A stretch of 63,974 nucleotides of DNA, counting the filler, from Octopus bimaculoides (Eukaryota): the NCBI RefSeq assembly GCF_001194135.2. It is 10 parts of 8 records of this genome, joined end to end, with 100 filler letters (N's around TTAATTAATTAA, not from the genome) between each part and the next. Parts side by side here need not be neighbours in the genome. Positions count along the whole stretch, not along the records: positions 30,934 to 44,683 come from NW_026372267.1; positions 44,784 to 47,102 come from NC_068983.1; positions 47,203 to 54,829 come from NC_069007.1; 7 more parts are not named here. One strand, given 5' to 3'. The position numbers and the translations under genes are program-made. The notes below the pieces were generated by a model that was given only the letters and a program-made list of their open reading frames with translations, had not been told where the DNA came from and made no database searches. Every line of letters begins with the position of its first letter. The first letter of the stretch is position 1. This document shows, piece by piece, positions 38,346-51,869 of this stretch.

Positions 38346-39480
38346 ATGTGTTCTACAGTAGATATGTAGATGACATTAATATCATAGTTAGGACCAACTC
38401 TAGTGACGGTAGTGTAGAAACTGAGAACATAATGGAGAGCATCCAGCAAATAGCTAACTCCATCCACCAAAGTATCAAAGTAACTATAGATTACCCCACT
38501 AAGTACCCCAACAATAGACTCCCTGTACTTGATACTGAACTTTGGTTAGAGACTGTGAACAACTGATTGCAGCTCCTCCACTTCTATTACATGGAACCCA
38601 TAACTTCAAAATATGTTATTCACAAGAACTCAGCTTTGCCACATAACATGAAAATTAACATACTGATAGCATATCTAGAATAATGAACAATGTGTCCCCA
38701 CTATGCGAGCCCTATGAAACAAAAAAACATATACAGAACTTCATGCACTGCATGCAATTCTCTGGATATGATCAGAAAAATAGGGTTCAAGTATACACGG
38801 GGGCTAGAAAGAAATTAGATAACATTACACGTAATGATACCAGAGGTACCTGCCTTAGATATAGAAACAAAGAATGGAATAGGATACAAAGAACTTGTGA
38901 CAAAGCAAACAGGGTGAACACGTGGTATAAAACTGACAAATATCAAGGAGTGATGTTTGTAGAGGCCACAGCCCATGGAGAACTAGCCCGTAGATTTAGG
39001 AAAGCTCTGAAGGAGACCAAACTCAACATTAAGATTGTTGAAAAGCCAGGGAACTCCGTCAGATCACAACTATGTAGGACATACCCCTTTGAGAATACCA
39101 CATGCACCAATGATAACTGCATAGTATGTAGGATTAGTCCTGGCATTAACTGTAGAACTAGAAATGTAGTTTACAGCATAAGATGCATAGAAGGTGCTTG
39201 TAAAGACATAAACATGACATACATAGGGGAGATATCTAGGAGCATTGCGGAATGACTAAATGAACATCTGAGACAATATGATGACAAAAAACAGTCCTCC
39301 ATACTCTACCAACATGCCAAAGACCAACATGGAGGCAACTTGGGTCAACTTGACATCCGCATCTTATCCAAGCACCCAAAAGACCCAACTCTAAGACAAA
39401 TACGGGAGTACGTCCTTATAAATGAAACTTCCCCAATACTGAATAGGAAATATACATAGTAGACATCATACCCCCATACC
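38346..39480 (+). mobile_element. Penelope-like element 2 (different lineage), RT C-terminal half plus GIY-YIG, degraded
   Basis: FYSRYVDDI..LPVLD..; VMFVEAT..GEL..IKIVEKPG..CIVC..NCRTRNVVYSIRC..YIGEISRS..*LNEH. Confidence 0.85.
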
Positions 39481-40523
39481 CACAGTTTAAACAGGTAGAG
39501 TAGATTAGTTAGTGGGCTGTTATGTAGATAGATGTATGTGTGTGTGTGTGGGTGGGTGTATGTATATATGTGTATATGCACATGTATGTAAGCATATGGA
39601 TATGAAAATAAACAACAACATACAGACGGATAGGTACATAGGTTATATAAACAGACAAGCACACACACATATGCAAATGGAGACTGAAACACATGACCAC
39701 ATATACACACACACACTTTACTTCACACAAGGACACATATGGAGACATGTGTCCACACATATTGAGATGTACATCCATTCATACAAACATGGAACATAGT
39801 TGCAAAACACATACACACACACACACACACACTCAGACATGCACACACAAGGAGACAGAGGTGCATACATATACAAACACACACACACACATACGTAAAA
39901 ATACACAAACACAGACATGAATGCACAAGAATATGCAGTATACATACATACAGATGCACACACATACATATATACATATGCATACACACACGCACATGCA
40001 TATATACATACATGCATACATACATGCATGCATGCATAGGCACACACACACACACACTGACCCACACACATGCACACAAACAGACAAAAAGAAACAGTGT
40101 AAATAATGGACAGAGTCAAGACTACTGAAAAGGTTGCAAGATGCAATGAAAATTTTAGGAAAATAAAAATAAGAAATAAGTGGAAATTTTACCAGTGAAT
40201 GTGTTAAATGATAAAGCACAAAAAAAAGTGACTTTCCCCAGACACAATAGAACAAAATAAAAGCTATATAGTGTGTTAAACAAAGTAGAATGGAACCATC
40301 AGCTAGGGTAGTACTGATTTTTGATGGATACTTACTTTTAATATTTTAGTCTGAAATTAAAGCACATTGCATATATTACAATAATAATAAAAGCTATATA
40401 GTATAGTTAGTGTGCTTGACAAGGTTAGTATACTATCCATAGAAGATTTTTCCTGCCTAGTTGATCAAATTTTATATGGTTTTAGTAATTATATGGTTTT
40501 AGTATATGGTTTTATTTATCCTT

Positions 40524-43500
40524 TTCTTAAAGTGTTCTACCCTGATGATCTTAGGGCCATTTTGTTAGTAGCACTTCTAGTTAAGTACCCCTTAGTAACT
40601 ACAATATCAGGTATGGATTAACACACAGAAAACTTTTAAAACCTATAATATACTACTTAGTTTAAAATTAGTATATAGTTAGCATGTCCTACAACATCAA
40701 TATTTCTTTAGTTAATACCAGGTATCAGTCTTTATAGATACAAGCTAAACAATTTTTAGTTTTAAATACTTGAATTATTATACATTTTCTATAAGTCTTC
40801 TCTATTTATGTTACTAAGTTGTATATATACTCCATCATGGTTTTTAGTGATTAAGCTATTTTATTCCTTTTCTATGGTGTTCTACCCTACCTGATCAATT
40901 TAATACTTTTTAATACTTTATAATTGCCTTTATGATATAAACCTAAATTTTTGTACCCTATAAATTCATACTTAGCTTCTATAAAACAATATGGATATCT
41001 TCACAACTTAAAAATAAACTGCTTAGATTATAATTTAATTAATATATAGTTAACTTGTTCTTTCACCTCAATGCTAAATCTTCTTGATAACCCTAAATTT
41101 TAACTTTATATAAGATGGATATATTGTTTAAAATAGCTTTAGTAATTTATTTATCGCTTTCTTAAAGTGTTCCACCCTCCTGATCTTAGCATTTATATTG
41201 GCCTTTATATAAGTAGCCCTTCTAATTAAGTACCCCTAATAAACTATAATATCATGTACGGATTAACACTAATAACTTTTAAAACCTATATTATACCTCT
41301 TAATCTAAAATTAGTATATAATTAGCATGTCCTATAACATTAATATTCTTTTAACTAATACCGAGTATTAGTCTTGATTGAAACAAGCTAAATAAGTAAA
41401 TAAACAACTTTTAGTTCATAATACTTAAATTATTATACATTTTCTATAAATCTTCTCTATTGATGTTAATAAGGTATATATACTTTATTATGGTTTTAGT
41501 GATTCGGCTATTTTTATTCCTTTTCTATGGTGTTCTACCCTATCCGATCATTTTATTATTTTATAATAAATCTAATTTTAATATATATAAATCTAATTTT
41601 TGTACCCCTATAAATTCATACTTAGCTTATATAAAACAATCCTGGTACCTCCACAACTTAAAATAAACTGATTAGATTAGAATTTAATTAGTATATAGTT
41701 AACATGTTCTTTAGCCTCAGTGTTCCTTTATTAAATACCACTAAAATCCAATTGATCAATCTTCATCTAATAAGTTAATATATAAATATATAATAATATT
41801 AATATATAATATTAAACTATTTCTATGTAATTTCTTTTCCTCCCTCTATTGTGGTAAAATCTGGTATATACTCAAAAGTATTCAAAGAAGATTTATCCTT
41901 TTGTTATATCATTCTTCTTGACAACCCTAAATTTTAACTTTATACAATAAGAAAATATTGTTTGAAATGGTCTTTAGAAATTACTTGATTTATCCCCTTC
42001 TTAAAGTGTTCTACCCTCCTGGTCTTAGTATTTATAAAGGCCTTTATATAAGTAGCCCTTCTAATTAAGTACCCCTTAGAAACTATAAATATCATGTATG
42101 GAGTAACACGTTGAATTTATCCGTAACTCCGTTTCCATGCAAGACTCGGCATGACATTCCTTGGTAAGTTGCTCTTATTATAGATATATACTTGTCTGGT
42201 ATGCCGTAGTGCTGCATAATTCTCCATAAGCCTTCCCTATCTACACTATCGAATGCTTTTTCAAAATCAATAAAATTAATATAAAGCGGTGCATTCCACT
42301 CTGCGCTTTGCTCTAAGATGATGCGAAGAGTGGCAATTTGATCTACACATTTATCTACGGATAAATTCGAAGTAAAAACAGGAGTTCAACAGGGCTGTAT
42401 ACTTTCTCCCTTTTTATTTATACTAGTTATAAATTGGATTATGAAGGAAACTACGATTGAAAGCCAAACAAGCATTGAATGGACGGACGCAGAAGCCCTA
42501 GAAGATCTCGACTTTGCAGATGATATAGCGCTACTTTCACAAACATATAGCCAAATGCAAAATAAAACGTCAAAATTAGAAGCAATAGCTGCCAAACCAG
42601 GATTGAAAGTCAACCGCAACAAATCAAAAATTATGCGCGTTAATGAAGAAAACAGTGAACGTATTAAACTAGAAACTGGTGAACTAGAGGATGTAGCCGA
42701 GTTTACGTATTTAGGTAGTAAGGTAACGTTCTCAGGCGGCACCGACAAAGATATTAAGATGAGAATAAGTAAGGCAAGGACCGCATTCCACCTGTTAAAA
42801 AAAAGTATGGAGTGCAAGTGTAATTTCAATAAAGAACAAAATAAGAATTTTTAACACTAATGTAAAAGCGGTGTTATTGTATGGGGCTGAGACATGGCGA
42901 ACAACAGTTAAATCAAATAAGCAAATACAATCATTCATCAACAGGTGCTTGCATAGTATACTTAAAATCAGATGGCCCGAACACATAAGCAATATGGAGC
43001 TATGGCAAAGAACGAATCAAGTTTCAATTAGGGAGCAGATATTTAAGAAAAAGTGGAAGTGGATTGGTAGCAAAATTAGAAAGGACACACCAAATGTAGC
43101 AAAAAGTGCTTTACAGTGGAATCTGGATGGATATAGAAAGAGGGGCAGGCCTAAGAACTCGTGGTGTAGATCAACACAAAAGGAACTAGAGAAAGGGGAC
43201 ATTTATGGCAGAGTATACGTACAGAAGCGAAAAATTATGCGACATGGAATTCAATTATAAGTGGCCTATACTCCGCGTTGGAGGGTTAAAGGCAAGAAAG
43301 AAATAGAGTAACACTAATAACTTCTAAAACCTATAATATATCTCTTAGTTTTAAAATTTGTATATAATTAGCATGTCCTATAACATCAATATTCCTTTAG
43401 CTAATACCAGGTATCAGTCTTTATTGATACTAGCTAAATAAGTAAATAAACAATTTTTAGTTTAGGATACTTAAATCATTACACATTTTCTATAAATCTT

Positions 43501-44047
43501 CTCTATTGATGTTAATAAGGTATATATTACTTTATCATGTTTTTAGTGATTAAGCTATTTTATTCCTTTTCTATGGGGTTCTGCGCTACCTGATTATTTT
43601 ATTATTTTATAATAACCTTTATTTATTTATTTATTTATAAAATAAATCTAATTTTTGTACCCCCATAAATTCATACTTAGCTTATATATAACAATACTGG
43701 TATATTCACTACTTAAAATAAACTGCTTAGATTATATAATTTAATTAATATATAGTTAGCATGTTCTTTTACCTCAGTACTCCTTTATTAAATACTAGTA
43801 AATACCAATAGATCAATCTTAACAGATACCATATAATAAGTTAGTATTTAAGTACATAATACGTATAAATATTAAATTGTTTCTAGATAATTTCTTTTCC
43901 TCCCTCTATTGTGGTAAAAGTTTGGTATATACTCAAAAGAATTCAAACAAAATTTTATACTTTTGTTATAATATTCTTCTTAATAATCTTCTGAATAACC
44001 CTAAATTTTAACTGTATACAATATGGCAATATTGTTTAAAATATTTA
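40524..44047. repeat. AT-rich tandem repeat, three diverged units of ~635, ~839 and ~845 bp (third unit split by an RTE insertion)
   Basis: The anchor ttcttaaagtgttc(t/c)accct recurs at 40524, 41159 and 41998. Internal blocks (aagtacccct, gcatgtcct, aaattcatacttagctt, ataaccctaaattttaact) recur in the same order. Confidence 0.9.
42110..43305 (+). mobile_element. 5'-truncated RTE-clade LINE with 9-bp TSD GAGTAACAC
   Basis: TSD at 42101-42109 and 43306-43314. ORFs: LEDLDFADDIALLS..GLKVNRNKSK..FTYLGS..RISKARTAF; LLYGAETW..RCLHSILKIRWP..GYRKRGRPKNSW. Confidence 0.93.
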
Positions 44048-44356
44048 ACTATAGTACCCCATGATAAAATTTGCCCGTTTCATTATCAATGATCTATTAG
44101 TGGCTTGCCCCTTTAATTGTCAGCTAACATCTTGATTTAAGATTTCCTTTACCAAATCTCATTATATTGCTGCAAATAAATCTTGATAGATTTTTATGAC
44201 TATATCCACTATGATTTCTGTTGACTCCCTCAGGCCCCTTCCTAACAGGCACTGCATCTTGTTCTTTTGGCCTTAGATATACAAAGATTTGATAAACTAG
44301 TCTACAAATTAAAATTGAAGCATAAAACAGGGACAAGTGAAATCTGTAACAAGTCT

Positions 44357-44418
44357 TTCTTATTGATACCTTAGTATTTCTTATTGATACCTTAGTATTT
44401 CTTATTGATACCTTAGTA
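44357..44418. repeat. Triplicated 21-bp unit ttcttattgataccttagtat
   Basis: Read directly: two full copies and one nearly full copy. Confidence 0.9.
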
Positions 44419-44803
44419 AGCTGAAGTGAAGACAGCATGTTCTTTGTCAATCTCTTTACCTTCTTGGAGATTTTAGGCAAAATTATACTAATGTGTCTAT
44501 CAGTTTTACTTTAATAAAATTCTATGTCTTTCTGCAGTTGAGGATTGCTCTGCATTTAAATTGATGTAATGATTACATTGATCAATTGAATGGAGTTGAT
44601 TGAAACGATCGTACAGCATTACCTATGGATATCCTTGTTGCTTACTTTGATTTATATATTCATATATATATATATATATATATNNNNNNNNNNNNNNNNN
44701 NNNNNNNNNNNNNNNNNNNNNNNNNNNTTAATTAATTAANNNNNNNNNNNNNNNNNNNNNNNNNNNNNNNNNNNNNNNNNNNNATATATATATATTTATA
44801 TAC

Positions 44804-44834
<31 letters not shown>

Positions 44835-45239
44835 ATTATATATATGGTGGTTGTCTACTCCTTATGCAAAGTTAGACCACCTTTTTTACTTACACCTTAG
44901 ATACACCATGGCGTTTGATGTGGCTTTTTAAGCCAGACAATAGATTGAAAAGGTATCCAAATACATTTCATATCCCATTTGGACTACCAAGAGCTGCAGT
45001 CAATCTGTGAAATTTGTGGATCTTACAATGTCGTTTGAAGCCTCGGTTAGATTTGTAGAGCCCATGGTATATTCAGCATTGAAATATAGGCAAAATAGTT
45101 GATGGAGGTGTGCTTTTCATTGGTCCACATATGGGATTTGAGCCGTGCAAAAGAAAGGCATGATCTGTCACAGACTGTGCACAGAAAAGGGTCACTGACA
45201 TTTACCTACTCGATCGAAACTTTCTTCTTTAAATCTCTC

Positions 45240-46215
45240 CAGAATCTTGCATATGTTATCACGGCCTCCTCAAACGCTTTCACTCCATTCCACACTTTTG
45301 TTTGCCATCTGAAACAAGCGTTTCTATTAACTTTGAATCTATTCCAAGTGATTTTACGTTAGTTCTTATGTCGTCCTTAAGCCTCTTTTTACATTTACAC
45401 CGATTGCGTTTCCCCTCTGCAACCACCATACAAAACAACTGTTTCGGTGTGCGTTCATCCGCCATACGAACAATATGGCCAGACCATCTCAATTGTTTTT
45501 TCAGAATCATTGATTTAATTGACGTGGTGCCTGCAGAAGCAAAGACATCAATGTCTGGAGTAAAAAGAAAAGCCACGCTGAATGTTTAAAATGCGGCGAA
45601 GACATTTTTGTTGCAATCGTTCTAACAATTTGAAATGTTTTTCATAACGTGTCCTTGTTTCAGAAGAATATAACAGGGATGGTAATACAACGATTTGTAA
45701 AGAGCCAAACACGTGACTCCAAACCACCAAATGCTTGTGCTGCTCTTTGAATTCGCAGATGTATGTCTGTGTCCAGAGTTCAGTCATTTTGTACAAAGCT
45801 TCCAAGGTGGATGAAAGAGTTAACAACCTCAGGCAACTAACCGTGAACGAAAATTTTAGAGAGATCACATGCAGCACCGCTTGCAGGTTGATACATTACA
45901 GCTGTTTTTTCAAGTTGATGGTTAAGCCAAAATAAATCATCAGAAGCTGTGTCAAATGCAGATACAAGAGATTGCCGGCCGTTTCAAAGAGTCTGACTGG
46001 ATCGCATTCGTCAGCGTTCTCATTATGAGTGAAATAAAAAGCTTTTTGAATTTCATTTTGGTCAGATTAAAAGAAGTCCCTGCTGTTCGGTATTTTATGT
46101 AAATATCTCCCTCGGATTTTCGAAAAGCGCGTGACAGCACAACAACAAAGGATAGTGCAAAGTGGTCTTTGGCGTATTGGTAGAGTATGGTAGACTGTTT
46201 TTTTGTTGCCATATC
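45240..46215 (-). mobile_element. RTE-clade LINE fragment (third subfamily), degraded
   Basis: DIYIKYRTAGTSFNL; VVLPSLLYSSET..LERLQQKCLRRILNI; QLRWSGHIVRMADERTPKQLF..GKRNR..KRLKD. Confidence 0.85.
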
Positions 46216-46231
46216 GTCTCAAAAATCATAT

Positions 46232-46291
<60 letters not shown>

Positions 46292-47202
46292 CATATATAT
46301 ATAAATATATATATATACATATATATATAAATATATCTATATATATACATATATATATACTTCTTGCTCAGGAGGAGAGTTACTATTTTTAATACACCAG
46401 CCTACACACTTACCAGAATATATCATATTTGCTAAAATGTATTTCAGTATGACATCGAAATCTCTATTTTACTATAGAAAATAGTTTTAATTTCGTGACA
46501 TTCAAAATATCAATATTTGAAACAAAAAAAATGTTTACAAATTTGTCCTTGAGTTATCTATAAAACCATTCAGTCATGTAATAATTCATGTTGGTATCAG
46601 CAGTTAAATATCACCGTTCATATTCTATTCATCATTTAAGTTCAATTTAATGTATTTTGCTTACACGGATTAAATTTCTTAGTCTAAGTATATTTATATC
46701 ATATAGACTAGTGCGATGGAATAATTACTATAAATGCCTAGTTACATTCTACTCTGCGTGTAGTTCAAAGCACATTCAAGTTGTCGATCAATGCTGCAAG
46801 AAGCTAATAAAGAAATTGGTTGCATAATCTAGATTAGTCTGTTTTCTACACTTAGAAACGTTTGTGAAGGGCAAGATATTTCAATGCCTGACTATAAATA
46901 TTTCAGCATATATATAGCAAATGTTCTATTTGTACACTGAAATAGACCTCAGGACTTACTTTTTAAAGCCTATTACGTATTGTATCTGTCTCTTTTGCCG
47001 ATTTGGTAGATAACTGGAACGTAAATACACACAGGCACCGTTGATGGGGGAGGGACTAACACAGACATAAAGTCACGCACACACGTATATATATATATAT
47101 ATNNNNNNNNNNNNNNNNNNNNNNNNNNNNNNNNNNNNNNNNNNNNTTAATTAATTAANNNNNNNNNNNNNNNNNNNNNNNNNNNNNNNNNNNNNNNNNN
47201 NN

Positions 47203-47715
47203 TCTACCTAAAGGGGTTTGTGTTTTATCTACCTTCCTACTTATTAGGATTTTGGTTTTAGCTAGGTTGACTCTAAGGCCCTTCAATTCTAGACCTTGCT
47301 TCCACACCTGAAACTTCTCCTCTAGTTCTGATAGTGACTCCGCAATTAGGGCAAGGTCATCAGCATAGAGGAGCTCCCAGGGGCAACCTGTCTTGAACTC
47401 CTCTGTGATTGCCTGGAGGACTATGATAAATAAGAGGGGGCTGAGGACGGAACCTTGGTGGACCCCTACCTCTACCCGGAATTCATTGCTGTACTCATTT
47501 CCAACCCTCACCTTACTGGCAGCATCTCTGTACATGGCTTGCACAGCTATATATATATATACCTGGGAGTGGCACTTCTTCACACAGCTGTCTTCATTCG
47601 TATGTAACACACGGCCATATACCAGCACATTCACCTCTCTTGCACACCACATTTAATGCTCCTTATGTCCAACTTTTCTCTCAGAACACTTAAATCATTT
47701 GTGCAGGTCGTTCAG
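47203..47715 (-). mobile_element. RTE fragments of the same subfamily as 29473-30833 and 11040, with a C-terminal piece placed 5' of an RT piece
   Basis: AMYRDAASKVRVG..LLYADDLAL..GLRVNLAKTK (47203-47548) joined through (TA)n to ..EDSCVKKCHS (47560-47715). Confidence 0.85.
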
Positions 47716-47822
47716 TAAAAAATATGGACACTCACATGTTATCTTCGACGGGAGAGCCCGTTATATGTGCGTTTTTATGTACAGACATTTGTAAACATGT
47801 CTCATTCATTGTTGTGTTTCAG

Positions 47823-48063
47823 CACCATTTGGTAGCGACAGCAAGACCACAGCGACACGGGACGACCCCATCTCACCGTCTAAAAGCACAAGCGAAGAAG
47901 ATAAAGACCATCCAGATGTGACCACCACACTGAAGAGCAAGAGAGAGAAACGAGCCGAGAGGGAAGGACGTGTTTACACTGTTGCCACGGATAAGTTTAT
48001 CAAGAATCTCATGACGGAATACAAGAAACGCAAGCAACAACATTCGATGCCAGCTTTTGTTAA
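47823..48063 (+). CDS. ARFGEF3: ARFGEF3/BIG3 penultimate coding exon (3' end lost in gap)
   Basis: Acceptor gttgtgtttcag at 47822 (phase 1). Open frame PFGSDSKTT...EGRVYTVATDKFIKNLMTEYKKRKQQHSMPAFV, vs human BIG3 NKIYTMAADKTISKLMTEYKKRKQQHNLSAF (recalled). Confidence 0.88.
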
Positions 48064-48842
48064 NNNNNNNNNNNNNNNNNNNNNNNNNNNNNNNNNNNNN
48101 NNNNNNNNNNNNNNNNNNNNNNNNNNNNNNNNNNNNNNNNNNNNNNNNNNNNNNNNNNNNNNNNNNNNNNNNNNNNNNNNNNNNNNNNNNNNNNNNNNNN
48201 NNNNNNNNNNNNNNNNNNNNNNNNNNNNNNNNNNNNNNNNNNNNNNNNNNNNNNNNNNNNNNNNNNNNNNNNNNNNNNNNNNNNNNNNNNNNNNNNNNNN
48301 NNNNNNNNNNNNNNNNNNNNNNNNNNNNNNNNNNNNNNNNNNNNNNNNNNNNNNNNNNNNNNNNNNNNNNNNNNNNNNNNNNNNNNNNNNNNNNNNNNNN
48401 NNNNNNNNNNNNNNNNNNNNNNNNNNNNNNNNNNNNNNNNNNNNNNNNNNNNNNNNNNNNNNNNNNNNNNNNNNNNNNNNNNNNNNNNNNNNNNNNNNNN
48501 NNNNNNNNNNNNNNNNNNNNNNNNNNNNNNNNNNNNNNNNNNNNNNNNNNNNNNNNNNNNNNNNNNNNNNNNNNNNNNNNNNNNNNNNNNNNNNNNNNNN
48601 NNNNNNNNNNNNNNNNNNNNNNNNNNNNNNNNNNNNNNNNNNNNNNNNNNNNNNNNNNNNNNNNNNNNNNNNNNNNNNNNNNNNNNNNNNNNNNNNNNNN
48701 NNNNNNNNNNNNNNNNNNNNNNNNNNNNNNNNNNNNNNNNNNNNNNNNNNNNNNNNNNNNNNNNNNNNNNNNNNNNNNNNNNNNNNNNNNNNNNNNNNNN
48801 NNNNNNNNNNNNNNNNNNNNNNNNNNNNNNNNNNNNNNNNNN

Positions 48843-48886
<44 letters not shown>

Positions 48887-48954
48887 TTGTATATGTATGT
48901 ATGTTTATATATGTGTGTATGTATATATATTTATGTGTGTTTCTGATGATGACT

Positions 48955-49125
48955 CATGTTGGTGTGTTTACATCCCCTGTAACTTAGCGGTTTGGCAAAA
49001 GAGACCGATACGATAATTACTAGGCTTACAAAGAGTAAGTCCTGGGGTCGATTTGCTCGACTAAAGGCGGTGCTCCAGCATGGCCACAGTCAAATGACTG
49101 AAACAAGTAAAAGAATAAAAGAATA
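48955..49125 (+). mobile_element. Family A SINE 3' half, sense orientation, in the last ARFGEF3 intron
   Basis: ggtgtgtttacatcccctgtaacttagcggtttggcaaaagagaccg...ccagcatggccacagtcaaatgactgaaac. Confidence 0.85.
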
Positions 49126-49859
49126 TTCTATGGGCTCACAAAGAATAAGGCGAAATTCTTAATGATAATCCAATATGTCATTAATCCCCAAAATGGATTG
49201 TTTACACCTTTGATGGTCACGCCAGATACTGACAAAAACAAGTTCTTAATGTGTTAACTACATGCATGAATGGTTGTCATTTGCTGATATCATGAATCAC
49301 TAACAAGATCCGGTTTGTTGTTTATTGTTATTTTCATGTCTGAACACAGTGATTTTGGGGTTCAGTTCCCAGGCAGTAAATTGGTTTTGGTTACTCTACT
49401 AATAACTCCCTTCTTACGATTTCGTTTGTTCAGTGTACTCATGTGGGAGTTTCTTTGCCGATGAATGGACAAGTACCCATTCATTTGCGTAATTTTCTCT
49501 GTAAAACATTAATTGCAATGTATAATGTATACATAATGCAGATTATAATGTAGCTATAATCCATATTGTTATCTTTTATTGACTGACATATTTTCGATAA
49601 ATAAACAAATTAGTTGATTTATGTATCAACAAATTGATAAAGAAAATATCTTCTATCACACATACACACACACACACACCTTGTGTATATATATGTATGC
49701 ATATACGAGCATTATGTGTATACATATATATATGCATACACACACCCACACACATATATATATATGCATGCATATACAAGTATGTATGTATATACATATA
49801 TACACATACGAGTATGTATGTATGTATGTCTCTTCTATTTTTTAATTATTCTATACATC

Positions 49860-50005
49860 AACCCCAGTGCGTAACTGGTACTTATTTCATCAATCCTGAA
49901 AGGATGAAAGGCAAAGTCGACCTCAGCAGAATTTGAACTCAGAACATAGATGAAATACCGCTAAGCATTTTGCCCCATGTGCTAACGATTCTGCCAGCTC
50001 CACCA
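49860..50005 (-). mobile_element. Family B SINE
   Basis: aaaggatgaaaggcaaagtcgacctcagcagaatttgaactcagaac...gctaacgattctgccagctc. Confidence 0.85.
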
Positions 50006-50006
50006 C

Positions 50007-50044
<38 letters not shown>

Positions 50045-51120
50045 CTTTTCTACAAGATGAGGACAAATATCCGTCAAATGTAAATAACGAACAGAATAGT
50101 CTGAATTGTAAAGGGTTGGATAAGCTATATCCAGCCTGGGTATTCTACCGGTTTTTATGTTCAAACCCAGCCAGATCTGACCACCCACACCAACCCTACA
50201 ATTTTATTCTAAAAAAAATCTCAAAACTTCAAGATAATTCATAATTAATTCAAAACAATTTGAATTACTTTTAACAAAATAATACAAACTGCTAAAGGGC
50301 AAAAGCACCAGAAACTTCCTTCTGAATATGCACTGTTAAATGTAGGCTGCATCCGATACGCCCATGTATGTTTTACGTCAAACATGGTAACTTAATCCAG
50401 TTTTGCTAACAGTGAATTTACATATAGCTAATCCAGTTTACTTACAAATTAGTTTATTTGTTGTACTTAGATGCCATCAAGTACCGTATAGAAAAATGTC
50501 TCACAAATCACCCCTGGGTCTTATCTTATTCAGGAAATTGTGCCTTAATGTTTAATACACCTAAAACTCTTTCTCTTGAATGTGAACAACTAAACTTGAG
50601 GGTGTGTCTAGTAAACCCACACCTTTTGTGCCATTAAAATCCACGTATATATGCATGTATGTATGTATGTGTGTGTGTGTGTGTAATATAATTAATATAT
50701 ATATATGCATATATACATGTACATACATATATACATATACATATATATATATATATGTATATACATATGCATATATGGGTACAGGACATCAAAAAATGTA
50801 AAACATGAAAAACAAGAACATGAAATACGAAAACGTGGAAAACAAACTTTTTTTTGCGAACAACGAAAGAAACAAATGGAGAAGCAAGACAGGCAACAGA
50901 AAGTACAATCCCTTTATCAGTTGGTTGGAGGCCCAGTCTTGCGAGTTCTTTTACAGAGCTTAGAAAAACTGAAGGACCCCTGCAATAAGTGTGTGAATTT
51001 GAGACGAGAATATGTTGAATAAGATCATGATTAACTGATCCTCCCGTATTTTCTTTACCCAGAGCCAAGAACTTTTCAACCAAGAACTTTACAGAGCTAA
51101 GAACCCCTCTTATATACATG

Positions 51121-51155
<35 letters not shown>

Positions 51156-51869
51156 TTGCTGCCTGTGACTATAGATTGTAATAAAACACTTGACTGAAGT
51201 GGTTTCCTAAAGGAATAATGGAATGTGATGGGCAGAACGAAATCAGAGGCAGAGATGGAGAGAGTATGACAGACTCACAGTCTGAATGGGAGTTCTATTT
51301 CCTAGAAAATGATGCAAAAATGTTTCTTGGAAATTGGCAAAAATGATTCAAGGCTTAGAATAAAAAGATAAAGCAACTTTCGTAACAGTGAAAAATAGTG
51401 TGTGTGCAAGTGAATGCGTTTATGTGTGTGTGTGTGTAAGAAACAGGCTAAAATGGAGAAGTGAGTATTATTTTCTTATCTTGTTTCTGTCATTGGACTG
51501 TGGCCATGCTGGAGCAGTGTCAAAAAAGGTTTTTAATCAAACAGATTGACCCCTGTAATTATTTTAAAATTTCATGCTCATTCTATGTAATTGCTAAGTT
51601 AATTGACAAATAATGCTGGTTTGTTTTGTTTTTTTTTTTCATATTTTTTCAACAATCCCCATTTGGGACTTTTCGAAAAATTTATCATAATTTCCAAAAT
51701 AATTCACATATGAAGAAAATTTAAATACTATATATTAGATAATATATAAGGTGTCTTGGGAGTTAAGATTAACTTCTAAGACACCTTGCAAAGCCAAAAA
51801 ATATGAATAAAAAAATTCGGCAGTTAATGCACTAAAAAACCCCCATTATTTCAGCAATTTGAACCCTGA

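Noticed and set aside
44100-44500. Minus ORF 44124-44480 with TKVSIRN repeats
   Set aside because: The repeats come from the 21-bp DNA triplication, and the remainder looks like decayed transposon sequence.
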